DNA from: Phoronis australis
Lineage: Eukaryota; Animalia; Phoronida
Direction of reading: 5' to 3'
Assembly: GCA_002633005.1 (NCBI GenBank)
Contig: NMRA01000105.1
Location: forward strand, 933,162-997,161
DNA length: 64,000 nt
Shown: positions 53,113 through 64,000 of the stretch, piece by piece
Position numbering within the stretch: position 1 is the stretch's first letter
Layout: each line of letters begins with the position of its first letter
Position numbers and translations under genes: made by a program
Notes under the pieces: model-generated
The model's input: only the letters and a program-made list of their open reading frames with translations
Databases searched by the model: none
What the model was told of the DNA's origin: nothing

Positions 53113-53609
53113 AATTTACCTTGTGAACCTTTTCGACCTCCCTGTTCCGGCGGCCATCCACAATAACTTATTGTGATTTTGTATATGTCGGTGATACAGG
53201 AAGGACATTTGGTACGCAAATTGCGGAACATCGCAAGGATCTCGAGCAGGAAAGTGGCAAACATTGCACTTGTAGTAAACGAAGAATGTCTGAGAATACT
53301 GTATAGAAATCAGCTATAGTTACACACCATGCTTTACAAAACTGTCATTTGACCGATTCGCGTAATGTCACCATCCTGAACAATGACAGAATCAGATTTA
53401 TGAGGTGGATTAAAGAATCTAATCAAAAAATGGACAATAGATGTGTGAATAGAGATGTGAGACAATTCCAGCTGGACACAGCTTATAACGCAATCAAACG
53501 GAAGAACCGGATTAACTCCCGCCATTCCGATAGTGACATCACATGCCCAGGTGTTCATCAGAGGATGGCCGCCGGAACAAGGAGGCTGAAAACATTCATG
53601 AGGTAAATT
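53113..53609 (+). mobile_element. Penelope-like element remnant: GIY-YIG endonuclease end flanked by inverted pseudo-LTR pieces
   Basis: Translates CDFVYVGDTGRTFGTQIAEHRKD...KSAIVTHH...RFMRWIKES / VNRD..FQLDTAYN. A 47-bp inverted repeat lies at 53113-53159 and 53563-53609. Confidence 0.85.
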
Positions 53610-54059
53610 GATGTTGTCTATGCCAAACGAAGTTTTAGTAGTCATAATTTTCAGCTGGGTCACAAAGGGCAGATCAGTTTTTTGTTTAATTTTTGGTGAA
53701 TAACTAAATCAAAGGTAATAATTTTGATTCAGACTATTGTGACGCGACTGAAAAAATGCGACGGGGATGACTAAACTTCTTTCACGTTGACAGTAATGAA
53801 ACTGCAATTGATGACATACAATAAAAAATTCTGCAAAAGGGGTCAAACTTTGACCGTGATTGTGATGGACAAATTTGAGGGTGGGAGATAAAAATTTTAT
53901 CGCTGTGGGTAACCACGTTAAAAAAATAATGAGAGTGCTGTTGGCACCATTAAAAGCCACATGGCTATCAAGATGTTATTGTGCCTACAATAAAGGTAAA
54001 AACCTACAATAAAGGTAAAAAATGTTGTCAAACAGGAGATAACAAGGCAGTACCTTGAC

Positions 54060-54290
54060 ATCGGAAGGACAATGAGGGGTGGCCGGGTGTGCTGCCCCCC
54101 AAGTTTTTGTTTTTGTGTATTCTGATGAGCTGTTGTGTCAAATGCATAGTATAATGACTCAATTTCTGGGCAACAGGACGGGTGTAATTTTATTCATTTT
54201 ACTAACAGGGATCCCACCTATCGAGAACAATTTTACTCCACTGAATTACAGGCACGATACTGATTCTCAAAATCTGGGATCCCTGTAAGA
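54060..54290. mobile_element. Degraded MITE family A copy
   Basis: GAGGGGTGGCC..GCCCCCCAA start and CTCAAAATCTGGGATCCCTG end. Confidence 0.35.
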
Positions 54291-54511
54291 GACTATTGCC
54301 CCAAAAATAACAAGACAGCATCCAGGCATGTGAAGGATGGAAAGGGTGGAAGGGGGGGGGGTGGCTACTCAACGACACCAAATGTCCAAAGCTATTTATT
54401 TCAGTCAGAACAAGCCAAATTCATAACTAACAAGAGCTAACTTCATTTTGAAAATAGGTGCATCACCGTACTGTAACAGTTTGCTGTCAGTATCCCGGCA
54501 GAAGGCCATAC

Positions 54512-54686
54512 CTTGATCACTTCGGGACTAACAAACTCTCCGTCTAATTCAGCAGTTCTGCTTGAGCCAACAACTGCGCCGAGAGACCAAGAGACGGGTT
54601 TCTTTACAAATGTGCTGAAGCCCCAAGACAACCAACCTGCTGACAGCGACTTCTCATAACTGTCGATGGACGTGATATTGCCATTT
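54512..54686 (-). CDS. CHMP7: CHMP7 exon 2 (membrane-binding hydrophobic loop)
   Basis: Acceptor ttcAG, phase 2 fits exon 1. Translates (R)NGNITSIDSYEKSLSAGWLSWGFSTFVKKPVSWSL...EFVSPEVIK. Donor AAG|GTATGG. Confidence 0.93.
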
Positions 54687-56431
54687 CTGAAGATAACAGT
54701 GTCGAGACGAGAATGCAAGGAACAATAAATGTCATGCTTTCAACAGACATTCACAAAACAAATTCATGCATAATTCCAGTTGAGTTAAAATCATGAAGCC
54801 TCATTCCATTTGAACCAGCTACTGTAGCTCATTACAAAACAGAACAAAAAGTAGGTGGGTATACTTATCTGTGATCCATTGTAATACTTTTATAAAACCA
54901 CAACTAGAAGGACTGTTTACATTCTGTCAAGTTACAACCAAGAAAGTTTTGAGACGTGCAGCCGCAATCGATATTAAAAGAACGGAGTAGAGGAACTAGT
55001 AATGCGCACAAATTAATGACGTGAACTGCACCCGTCATCGACAAAATCTCAGCATGGCTACTGATGTTTTAACCACTAGGTGGAGCTTTGTATAGACTGT
55101 GTGATACATCAGCCATGGTCCCTTCCAATATGTGTAGAAATTTCAAACCTCCTGCTTGTTCAATGGTGGTTTCTCTGTGACAAGTAGCTTAATGAACTAG
55201 TGCCTGTGTATTATTAATTCCCACATTTGAATTAAACTTGTTTTATCTTTTTAGTAATCTGTTTTATCTTTGATGTTATCATCTATATAAAGTCAAATGG
55301 TTAACACAACACACTTAAGAAGATCCCCACTCAGCTATGGTCTGCTTTAGCAGAAGCACATATCTCGTGAATAGCATTAGGCATTTAACTATAACACCAT
55401 AGCTGGTTCTGTTTGAACTGTGGTGCCTCAAAGCTGACATCTGGTGGGACTGGGTAAACAAAGAATGACCCGACTTTTTTCAGCTGGCACAGGGTGACAC
55501 TGGTAAAAATAAAAGAATCAGGACTAATTTTAGCTGGTATCGGGTGACTTTTTCTTTTTGAAAATTTACAAATGCACCAGTAGATATATAGTGCTACTGC
55601 AATCAAAATTCCAAGTAGTGTCTACCATTATAATTCTCATACACAGACAACTGACAAAAATACCACATCTCATTATGAAAATCTTCATAAAAATACCAGA
55701 ACCAGGTGCTTCTTTGGCCTTCGTTATTGTCTTCAAAAGCCTGGAAACAAGTAAGCAGTTCATCCTGTGGCAGCTTTGTCATATACTGATTAACTTATGA
55801 CTCTAAGCCACCAAGTCGTTTGTTTGCCCCTATTAATAACACCTCACCCACCCATGGACGAAAGTAATTCCATTCAGTTTAAGGTAATTCCATGAAGCAA
55901 ACTTAATTGGCATGTGTGATCTGATCACAAACAATGGGACCATTCGACAACATCGCTCCTATGTGAAATGGCCCAAACATTTGAACGAAAACAAGTTGTT
56001 CTGCTTTGCTCATTAAAGATGGTATAAATCTTCCTTAGTAGGTCAAATGTTTGTATAGTTATACTCACCACAAATTAGTTTCTTACTCAGATGATGAGAA
56101 ACTATTTCTGGCCAATTCTGGGCTATGAAAGCATTGCGGCAATGAGACCATACTCGATGCATATTGAATGGCACACCATGACAAGCCAATTTATCAAGCC
56201 TGGTCTCAAGCACTAATGAATTATCAGTCTCTCCCAAGTTCAAGAATAACCTCTATTAAAACTGGGTATTCACAAGGAAAAATTAGGCCCGATTACTAAT
56301 GATAAGTTTTTATAAAGCGCACCTTTATGGATGCTTTTAGGCAATGACACAGCCTCTAACATGACTCACTAGAGGAGACAGCACATATAAACTAATCACT
56401 AAGGCAGCTACAACAGTAGACACTGCCACCA

Positions 56432-56770
56432 CCTCTACTTAACAGTAGAGACGGTGGCGCTCCCATAGGCCCTTCATACGCCAAAAGTTTTTCTTCCTAT
56501 CTCCTGGCACGAGCAATGTAAAAATTGCTAGTTGGCGATTTAGGCAACAGAACGAAGGACTGCTAAAAAGTTTGATTATGGGAGTATTTGTTTGAGTTGG
56601 AAAGAATTAATGGCCCGACGGCCTCCTGAGGTATCACTCCATGTGCAAAAGGTACTCATACTGGCAACGCGAGTTTGACGGTTTAACCAATGTGGGGCTT
56701 AATTCACCCACAAACTTCCAGAGTATGAAGGGAATATGGGAGCATCACCATCTCTATTGCTAAGTAGAGG
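56432..56770. mobile_element. MITE with ~48-bp TIRs in CHMP7 intron 1
   Basis: CCTCTACTTAACAGTAGAGACGGTGGCGCTCCCATAGGCCCTTCATAC versus rc CCTCTACTTAGCAATAGAGATGGTGATGCTCCCATATTCCCTTCATAC. No clear TSD. Confidence 0.75.
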
Positions 56771-56845
56771 ACTTGAATATTCCGATTTGGGCCGGATTCC
56801 AATGCGGGCCGGAACATTGTCACTCAGTGCTACTACAAGAAGTAC

Positions 56846-57135
56846 CTGTGCATTTCAGACAGCACTTGGACGAGACACACTGGCGTTTTGCCTTTACGTT
56901 TGAATTTCTGATGCAAAGACTTTGGATCAAATATCAGCGTTTTACTTTCGCGACAAAGCTGAGTTATCATTTTAGACCAGAACTTGTGTTTCGTGTCCCA
57001 TGAATTTGGATTGATTTCTCTGTTGTCTCGGAATGGCGAAAACAGAACATCCATCCGCTGATCATCTTTCCAAACTTCTGGAAGTTCAATGGCACAATCT
57101 TCTTCTTCCTCGTCTTTAGTTGCCATACTACACAT
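56846..57135 (-). CDS. CHMP7: CHMP7 coding exon 1 (N-terminal winged-helix region)
   Basis: Translates MCSMATKDEEEE...LPEVWKDDQRMDVLFSPFRDNREINPNSWDTKHKFWSKMI...FKRKGKTPVCLVQVLSEMHR, matching the CHMP7 N-terminus (W-D-D-x-R-M..LFS-F, W-D-x-K-x-x-F-W, F-x-R-K-G-x-x-P-x-x-L). Phase-2 donor AG|GTACTT at 56845. An alternative in-frame ATG is at 57126. Confidence 0.95.
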
Positions 57136-57479
57136 GAATCACGACTTTGCGATTCTCTGTGACCAGGTGACGGCGAAATCATATGCAGAGCAGAAAACAC
57201 GGAAATTGATGCTGACCACCATACTTGCGCAGTTAGACCAAAAATTGAATTTCGCGCAAGAGGAAACAGAAACTTTCATAAAACTATCAATTGATAGTTT
57301 TACTTACATAGGAACTTTGTTAATTTTAGAAAACAAGTCACAAAAAAATAAAATTTTTCAACTTTATTTTATTTTTAAAAATTTTCGATAGGAAAAAAGG
57401 AGAAATTGGTATGCTGTATTGAAAGATATGCTACAAATAAAATCATTGCTGTCTACTTATGTAACTTAAGACTTTCGGC
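57136..57479. promoter_or_regulatory. Bidirectional promoter and 5' UTRs of CHMP7 and MRPL43
   Basis: 344 bp between divergent start codons. AT-rich core flanked by CpG-containing sequence with E2F-like TTTCGCGC (~57250) and an ETS-like CGGAA. Confidence 0.75.
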
Positions 57480-57610
57480 ATGTCGGGTCGGAGTATTCCT
57501 AGCGGTTTGGTTACCTCGGTGCTTCATAATGGAGTCGGCCGATACGTTTGTCAGCTGCAAAGATTGACATTCAAGTTTTGCAAAGAACATGGCAGTAGCA
57601 GAGGAATGAG
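57480..57610 (+). CDS. MRPL43: Mitochondrial ribosomal protein L43 (mL43) exon 1; later exons not found in the window
   Basis: MSGRSIPSGLVTSVLHNGVGRYVCQLQRLTFKFCKEHGSSRGM(R) matches the MRPL43 N-terminus (SVLHNGLGRYVQQLQRL...SSRG.R). Phase-2 donor AG|GTATTT at 57611. Confidence 0.93.
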
Positions 57611-57910
57611 GTATTTTAACTCGGCTTCTCTTCTGCTGCGCGCGCGACACAACAGAGCCAGAGGTTGCACGACTTGCCAACTGGCATTGCCATTGTGGTG
57701 GCTTGTGATTTGCTAGTTTTATGGTTACCCTTATGCAGGGAGGATAACGTTTTTAATTTTTTTTGCAATATCCATGTGTCATAAATTTTTGAAAAGCCCT
57801 TGGTGTGAGAAATGAAATGGTGCAAAAATCAGGAAAATTGGGTGAGCAGTTACCGAGAAAATGGCCGTTGAAACGCAACGACTACATGCGTAAAATATCT
57901 GCCTTTTTAC

Positions 57911-58845
57911 TAGGCAATGAACATCGCCTCTGTTGGCCCTAACCACAGTCAATGCAGCTCCTATAGGCGCTCTGTACGCCGGAAGCTTTTCGGCGAATCA
58001 TGCCTCGCACCGACTAAACCATCATTGATGGCATCAATCAAAGTCACGTCATTATAAAATACTTTTTGCGCATTGAGGAACACCTTAGGAGGTTGTCGAT
58101 GTGTTTAATTCCCCTCCAACTCGAACAAATACTCCCGTTATGAAACTTTTTCTTCGAGCAGTCCCTATTTTAGTTCCCAAAATCGTGAACTCACCATTTT
58201 TATACTGCGCACGCTCCAATTTTTACCGCGCTCGCTAGGCGATGTGACTTCATGACCTCAATCTTCAAATAGGCCAAAGGTGAGCCATTGCGGTCTTGTG
58301 AGTCAAATGTTCATTTCCAAAATGCCACCACTTATACTTGTCTTTAATTGGCGTTAGGTATTTCAATTAATTATTGTTTGTATTTGATAAAAATAAATGC
58401 TGTTGATATGACATTTAATAGTCTTTGTGCACATATTTGACATTTTAATGTTTAACAACACGGCAAATGCACGGCTGGTTCCCGGCAGCACGTACGCAAA
58501 GGGCGGAAACTTCAGCTTTTAAAGTTCGCCGGTAGGACCGCAACTTCTGACCTTCGGCCTGGTTAATAAAATCTCTTGGTGTGCGCCGAGAGAAAATGTT
58601 GAGTTCACGATTTTGGGAACTGAAATAGGGACTGCTCGAAGAAAAAGTTTCATAGCGGGAGGAATTAAACACATCGATAACCTCCTAAGGTGTTCCTCTA
58701 TGCGCAAAAGTTATTTATAACAACGCGACTTTGATGGTTTAGTCGGTGCGAGGCATAATTCGCCGAAAAGCTTCTGGCGTACAGAGCGCCTATAGGAGCT
58801 GCATCGCCTCTGGTTCGGGCCAACAGAGGCGATGGTCATTGCCTA
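57911..58845. mobile_element. Long-TIR MITE with 9-bp TSD (Mutator-like), copy 1, in MRPL43 intron 1
   Basis: Termini TAGGCAATGA...TCATTGCCTA. TIRs ~280-300 bp. Perfect TSD CCTTTTTAC on both sides. Confidence 0.9.
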
Positions 58846-59146
58846 CCTTTTTACATAAGCTCGTAAAAAATAAAAGAATATACATGTGCTGGCTGCATAT
58901 AAAAAAAATCGTCTCACTGAGGCAAACATGGTGGTGTGTATTATATAAAATTTGGATCGATTTCTACTGAGATATTGCTGCTTAAATGTGTTGTTAGCAT
59001 ATGGAACAGGCTCATCATCATCCTCATGAGTCATGTTTGATGACAACAATGGATTACACAGCTTAAAAGGTAAAGAGAAAAAAACATCAGCTCAGAAATA
59101 AATACATCTGAGCTGGGAGGAAATTTCACATCAAACCACAAGAAAA

Positions 59147-59309
59147 CATTGGTGGATTTGGGGAGGGGCAAGGGGGCCAGCCCATGNCCCCCCCCCCGTA
59201 AAACTCATATTTCATTTGGCAGTTTACGGTGCAAATATCTTACGGGTAAAATCCTGCGTAATACTCTGTCCTGGGCCCCCTCCTATCTAAAATCCTAGGT
59301 CTGCCCCTG
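59147..59309. mobile_element. MITE family A copy
   Basis: CATTGGTGGATTTGGG...AAAATCCTAGGTCTGCCCCTG. TSD unclear. Confidence 0.55.
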
Positions 59310-59319
59310 AATACTGCTA

Positions 59320-59417
59320 CATGGGCAGCACATCATGGCCTGACAGGGGGCTGGGGTCACTGGGGAAGGCTATAGCTCCCCTACTTTTTTCAGTGCTGGG
59401 TGCCACCCAGTCCCATG
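59320..59417. mobile_element. MITE family B copy (inverted relative to 15241)
   Basis: CATGGG...CCCATG with shared internal GGCTATAGC and ACTTTTTTCAGT. Flanks TGCTA/TACTA. Confidence 0.6.
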
Positions 59418-59944
59418 TACTATTAGATAGTACCATAGCAAAAAAAACATCAGAAAGTAGACAAAAGACCATTTGGGAAAACAAATTCACTCTTAACATG
59501 AAGGATTTCATCATTTACGCAACAACTTAAACTCTTTGTAACAGCTTAATTTCGAACGGTGAAGTTGCGATGCCATTGAACTTCAACATAGCCGCTCGTG
59601 GTGCTGATTTATCAGCGATAATTCGAGACAAAAAGATTACAAACTTACAAATAAAGACTAACTCAAGGTAACGATTTATAACACAAAATTATTTTATAGT
59701 TAACTTTGAAGTTTGAAGTCAGGTAATTTACCGACGTGGGTTTTACACGGAGGCAGATATGGAGCACCGTGACCTACTTTTGGATTGTCCTCCCTACCTT
59801 ATGTTTCTTAAATTATACTGCTGGTGGGAGGCTGGTGGCAGTTGTTCAGCATGCAATCAGGCAATCAGGGATGAGCAGCTCGATCGAGTTTTATTCGAGC
59901 TTGAGTAGCTGTGTTTTAACAGTTTGTGAGTACTTCTGGAAGCC

Positions 59945-60897
59945 TAGGCAATGACCATCGCCTCTGTTGGCCCGACATGAGGCGATGCAGCTCCTATAGG
60001 CGCTCCATATGCCAGAAGCTTTTCGGCGAATTATGCCTCACACTGGCTAAAGCATGAAAGTCACATTGTTATAAATACCTTTTGCGCATAGAGGGACACC
60101 TTAGCAGGTTGTGGATATGTTTAATTCCTTCCAACACGAACAAATACTTCTGTTATCGAACTTTTTGTTCGAGCAGTCACTCGTTCAGTTCCCAAAATCA
60201 TGAACTCACCATTTTTGTACTGCACACCCTCCAATTTTAACCGTGCTCGCTAGGTGATGTGACTTCATGACCTCAATCTTTAAATAGGCCAAAGGTGAGC
60301 CATTGCGGTCTTGTGAGTCAAATGTTCATTTCCAAAATGCCACCACTATTTGTCTTTAATTGGCGTTTGTTGAAACTGATCGTATTTCAATGAATTATTG
60401 TTTGTATTTGATTAAAATAATTGCTGTTGATATGACATTTAATAGTCTTTGTGCGCATATTTGACATTTTAATGTTTAACAACACGGCAATTGCACGGCT
60501 GGTTCACGGCAGCACGTACGCAGAGGGCGGGGACTTCAGCTTTCAAAGTTCACCGGTAGGACTGCATTTTTTGACCTTCGGCCTGGTTAAAAGAATGAGG
60601 TCATATCTCTTGGCGTGCGCCGAGTGTAAATGGTGAGTTCACGATTTCGGGAACTGAAATAGGGACTGCTCAAAGAAAAAAATTGATAACGGGAGTATTT
60701 GTTCAAGTTGGATGGAATTAAACACATCGACAACCTCCTAAGGTGTTTCTCTATGCTCAAAAGGTATTTATAACAACGTGACTTTGATGTTTTAGTCAGT
60801 GCGAGGCATAATACGCCGAAAAGCTTCCGGCGTATGGAGCGCCTATAGGAGCTGCATCGCCTTTGGTCGGGCCAACAGAGGCGATGGTCATTGCCTA
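59945..60897. mobile_element. Long-TIR MITE with 9-bp TSD (Mutator-like), copy 2
   Basis: Same termini, internal sequence and orientation as copy 1. Perfect TSD CTGGAAGCC. Confidence 0.9.
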
Positions 60898-62649
60898 CTG
60901 GAAGCCTAGCCAGTGAGTACTGTAGGAATACAACATTGCCACAAAACTAAGCATATACATCCACATAAAAAGTTACGAATTTCAAAATACAGGAAATAAA
61001 ATCAAATGAAACATGTATGTTTATGCACATGGAGTAATAACTAACACATACTATAACATAAGTCTAGGGATGATTCAGTTAAGATAATTTGAACTAATCA
61101 ATGAAAATCTGCCGCAGTTTGCTCAAGATTCTCTTTACCAGGTGCCATTTTGAGGAAGTTACATGAAATAACGCATGTTGACAAATAAAACGTCCAAGGG
61201 ACACAAATCTGATACCTTCCCATGCTATTTTGCAAGTGTCATGCACCAACGTCACGTGCTTCACTCATACTTTCTGGTTATTGGGCGCATGGTGAAAAAC
61301 TTAACGGTGACCACAAATGTGGAGTTGGAATTCTTTGCCAAAGTCACCTTAATTCTTGTAACTAAGCTTCATCAAAGGTATGTGTAGAAGTAGAAAGGAC
61401 CATTGAAGAAATTAAGTGCTTTTTTAAATGATATAGTTTTAGGCGGGGGAATGTATTTTAAAAAACGGGACGAAATTCGTACAGAAAGCGATGGGAAGTA
61501 TTGTAGCCCCTAACTGGCGAACTGATGGCCTACGTGTTGCCTACCACAAAAACAGCCAACTAGCTCTATGATCACTATTTCCAAAACACAGCAAGGTACC
61601 ACTGTGTGTTGTGCTCCGTTAGACCCCAAATTTCACTCAGCCTGTGCAGTTCTGCTCATCACCTTGTCGTGAAACCTATCAACGTCTAGAGCTAAGGACC
61701 GACTGGGATGCATGCAAAATTTCGTAGTCAACCGACACTCACTTTGCCCGATGCAGGCGTTGCAGTGAAAAACGTTCTAATGGACGTCAGTTTGTTGCAT
61801 AATTATCCGCCTTTTGTAACAAAGAAAGGTGTACACTTGCAACATTTTTCTGGAGATGACAGCTTTGCAGTATCGAAATTTGTTCTGTATTTCAGTTTGC
61901 TGGTACTATTAAAATACTAAGAACTTGTAACGGAATGAAACCAGTTCCGATAATTTGTTGTGACATGTATGGAACCTGGTGGAAGAGAAGAATAGTTGAT
62001 TGAATAATTGGGGAAAAAAGAAACTGGCCAATAGGTGACATATTTCATGGCTTCGAAGGCCGATGCAAAAGATTGCACCACAATTTTAGCAGCAGAATAC
62101 CAGTAGAATGCCAATTTCCAGCACCGGTAAAAAATTTAGTTCACTCAAGGAAAAGTGTAGTTCTTAAAGACACTAATTTTGTGTCAGATTTTATTTGGTC
62201 GTTTTTATACCCACACCAGCGCAAAGCTGCATATTTAGAAATTTTGCAGCTTTGCAGCAAGGTCAATTGCCAGAGTGCCTTTTGCTTTGACCTTTGTTAG
62301 GCTCTCCCAAATGATATTTAATTTCTCAGTGCCTCATTCACATTACCAGGTCACAGGTCCTTCACAATTCTCGACTGAATTAAAATTACCAGCTCGTCAT
62401 TTTCAACGTAGCCAGAATTCCAGGTTGCAAATTTTTGGAATTTCAACTTGCAACCAAAAAAGAAAATGCTGGTGGGGACAAATTATTTTCAGTGTTGCGG
62501 CATCCGCATTTTCCCGTTTGACTAAGAAACCCTGTTGTGTGACTCGGCTGGCAGGAGTGGAATGTTCAAGTTAAACACATGCGACGAAATGCTAGTTGCC
62601 CCAAAATTTCAGCTCACATTCTCAATTTCAATATTTTAACTGCTATCTG

Positions 62650-62765
62650 CAGCTCGTTATGAAGAGCTCTGATTCAAAATCATAGTCCAAACTAGACCTA
62701 TTCAAAACAGCTCGTTATGTAGAGCCTGGCCTGATTCAAAATCATAGTCCAAACTTGGCCTCTTA
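62650..62765. repeat. ~59-bp tandem duplication
   Basis: CAGCTCGTTATG.AGAGC..CTGATTCAAAATCATAGTCCAAACT occurs twice. Confidence 0.85.
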
Positions 62766-63689
62766 AAAACACTTGAGAACTTGGTTGAAGCGACTACAAA
62801 CCTGTATTTTGTCAAACAATTTTTGCATTTTTACCACTTACTGGGCAATAAAAATGTCTTCAATCATGTTGTTCATTGCAGGGTTTGCAATGCACTGACA
62901 GTTCGTTTTGGCAAAGCACAGGCTCAGCACATAAATTACTAACTTAAAAAACCTGATCTCGAGTTATAGCAAAGTGTCAGTTTTTGGAGGCCCCCTCCAC
63001 GTCCAGAATCACTTCCAATATGACTATAAAACAAATATTTGGAGACTAACTGCATTACTTTTAAGTTCTGTCAATTAAAATTTTCACTATGTAATGATCT
63101 AGTAGATTTCACAAGCCGACGAAATATAACACACTTATATTACTGGAGTCAGAACAGACAGACAAAGTACTAAAGTTACCCAAAAGATGGCACTACATTG
63201 CAGAGCTAATACTACATGGTGGAAGGCAGGTTTATTGCTGTAACAGGTGTACTAGTACAATACAGTACAGAGTAGGGCAGTGTAGAAGGATTAATTGGCA
63301 CAATCTTGAAAATACCTAGTTGTCAGCTTCTAAACTGAGGTCTTGGCAGTAAAATATGATCTGTCTAAGCAAGATGTATAATGTTGTAGTCAGAAAAAAA
63401 TGATAGTAAAATTATGCCTTGACAAGGTTTACGTGTTGACTTTCTATAAAAATGATTTTTGAAACTAATATTTTCTTTAACGTTTGCCTTGTTGGTTATT
63501 AGTGCCCAGAACTGCTTAAATCATGATTATCACATTTGAGTGCTTGCACTGAAGAGCCTGAGAGGACTTTAGAATTTTTTTATTATAGAATAGCACAAAT
63601 ACCCTTAATTGGTTCTGGTCTTTTGTGTTTCTGAAAATCAAGTTGCTGTTGTGGTATTTTTTTTTAGCTCACTTTTTCTAAAAAATCCT

Positions 63690-64000
63690 TAGAGCAAAAA
63701 TGAGGTGGGATTTTTTTTACTCATTGCTTGTCAAATCATGTCATTTCAAACTTTGTTCAACCCTGACTTTACATGCCCTTGTGCAGCTTTTCAAAAATGT
63801 ATGGAAAACCTTGACTAAAATTGATACAGGCAGATATTTTTTAAATTTTAGTTCCTGAGCACAGGCTTCAAAATGAGCAGATGTAAATACCAGGAACCAA
63901 CGTTGTTTTTGTTGGCCTTTGCCAGATAGTTCACACAAATTCCGTCTCTCTTGCCCCACTTCAGACATTCGTTGCGCCCATTTCGGCACCAGGTAATGCA
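63690..64000 (-). repeat. Old dispersed repeat, copy of 46240-46530
   Basis: See above; may run off the window edge. Confidence 0.6.

Noticed and set aside
59320-59417. Family B MITE as the source of TACATGTA footprints (TA-CATG...CATG-TA here)
   Set aside because: The other copy has a 5-bp TACTG duplication and no left TA, so the TA flanks are part of a 5-bp TSD.
57611-64000. MRPL43 exon 2
   Set aside because: No acceptor followed by an E-F-I/V-E...FA..NP-like frame was found by eye. It probably lies beyond the window.

Overview
Eukaryotic, AT-rich, intron- and repeat-rich DNA. The repeat style suggests a marine invertebrate deuterostome such as a hemichordate (inference). Most short ORFs in the track are noise. 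Two genes are supported. The first is a complete 9-exon CHMP7 (ESCRT-II/III hybrid) on the minus strand, 57135->33422, reconstructed by hand with consistent GT-AG sites and phases (1377 nt, 458 aa). The second is the first coding exon of MRPL43 on the plus strand, head-to-head with CHMP7 across 344 bp. No host gene is recognisable in the left ~32 kb. Mobile DNA includes an internally deleted Kolobok (KolX and THAP remnants), two 9-bp-TSD long-TIR MITEs, 5-bp-TSD GC-rich MITEs, Harbinger-like MITEs, and Penelope, RTE-X and RTE relics. There are also two Helentron/DINE-like elements carrying ~144-bp-periodic CTCF-consensus arrays. A TA versus TACATGTA difference between two near-identical copies of one segment, plus window-wide TACATGTA excess, looks like transposon excision footprints. 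No prokaryotic-type system (CRISPR, defence operon) is present.
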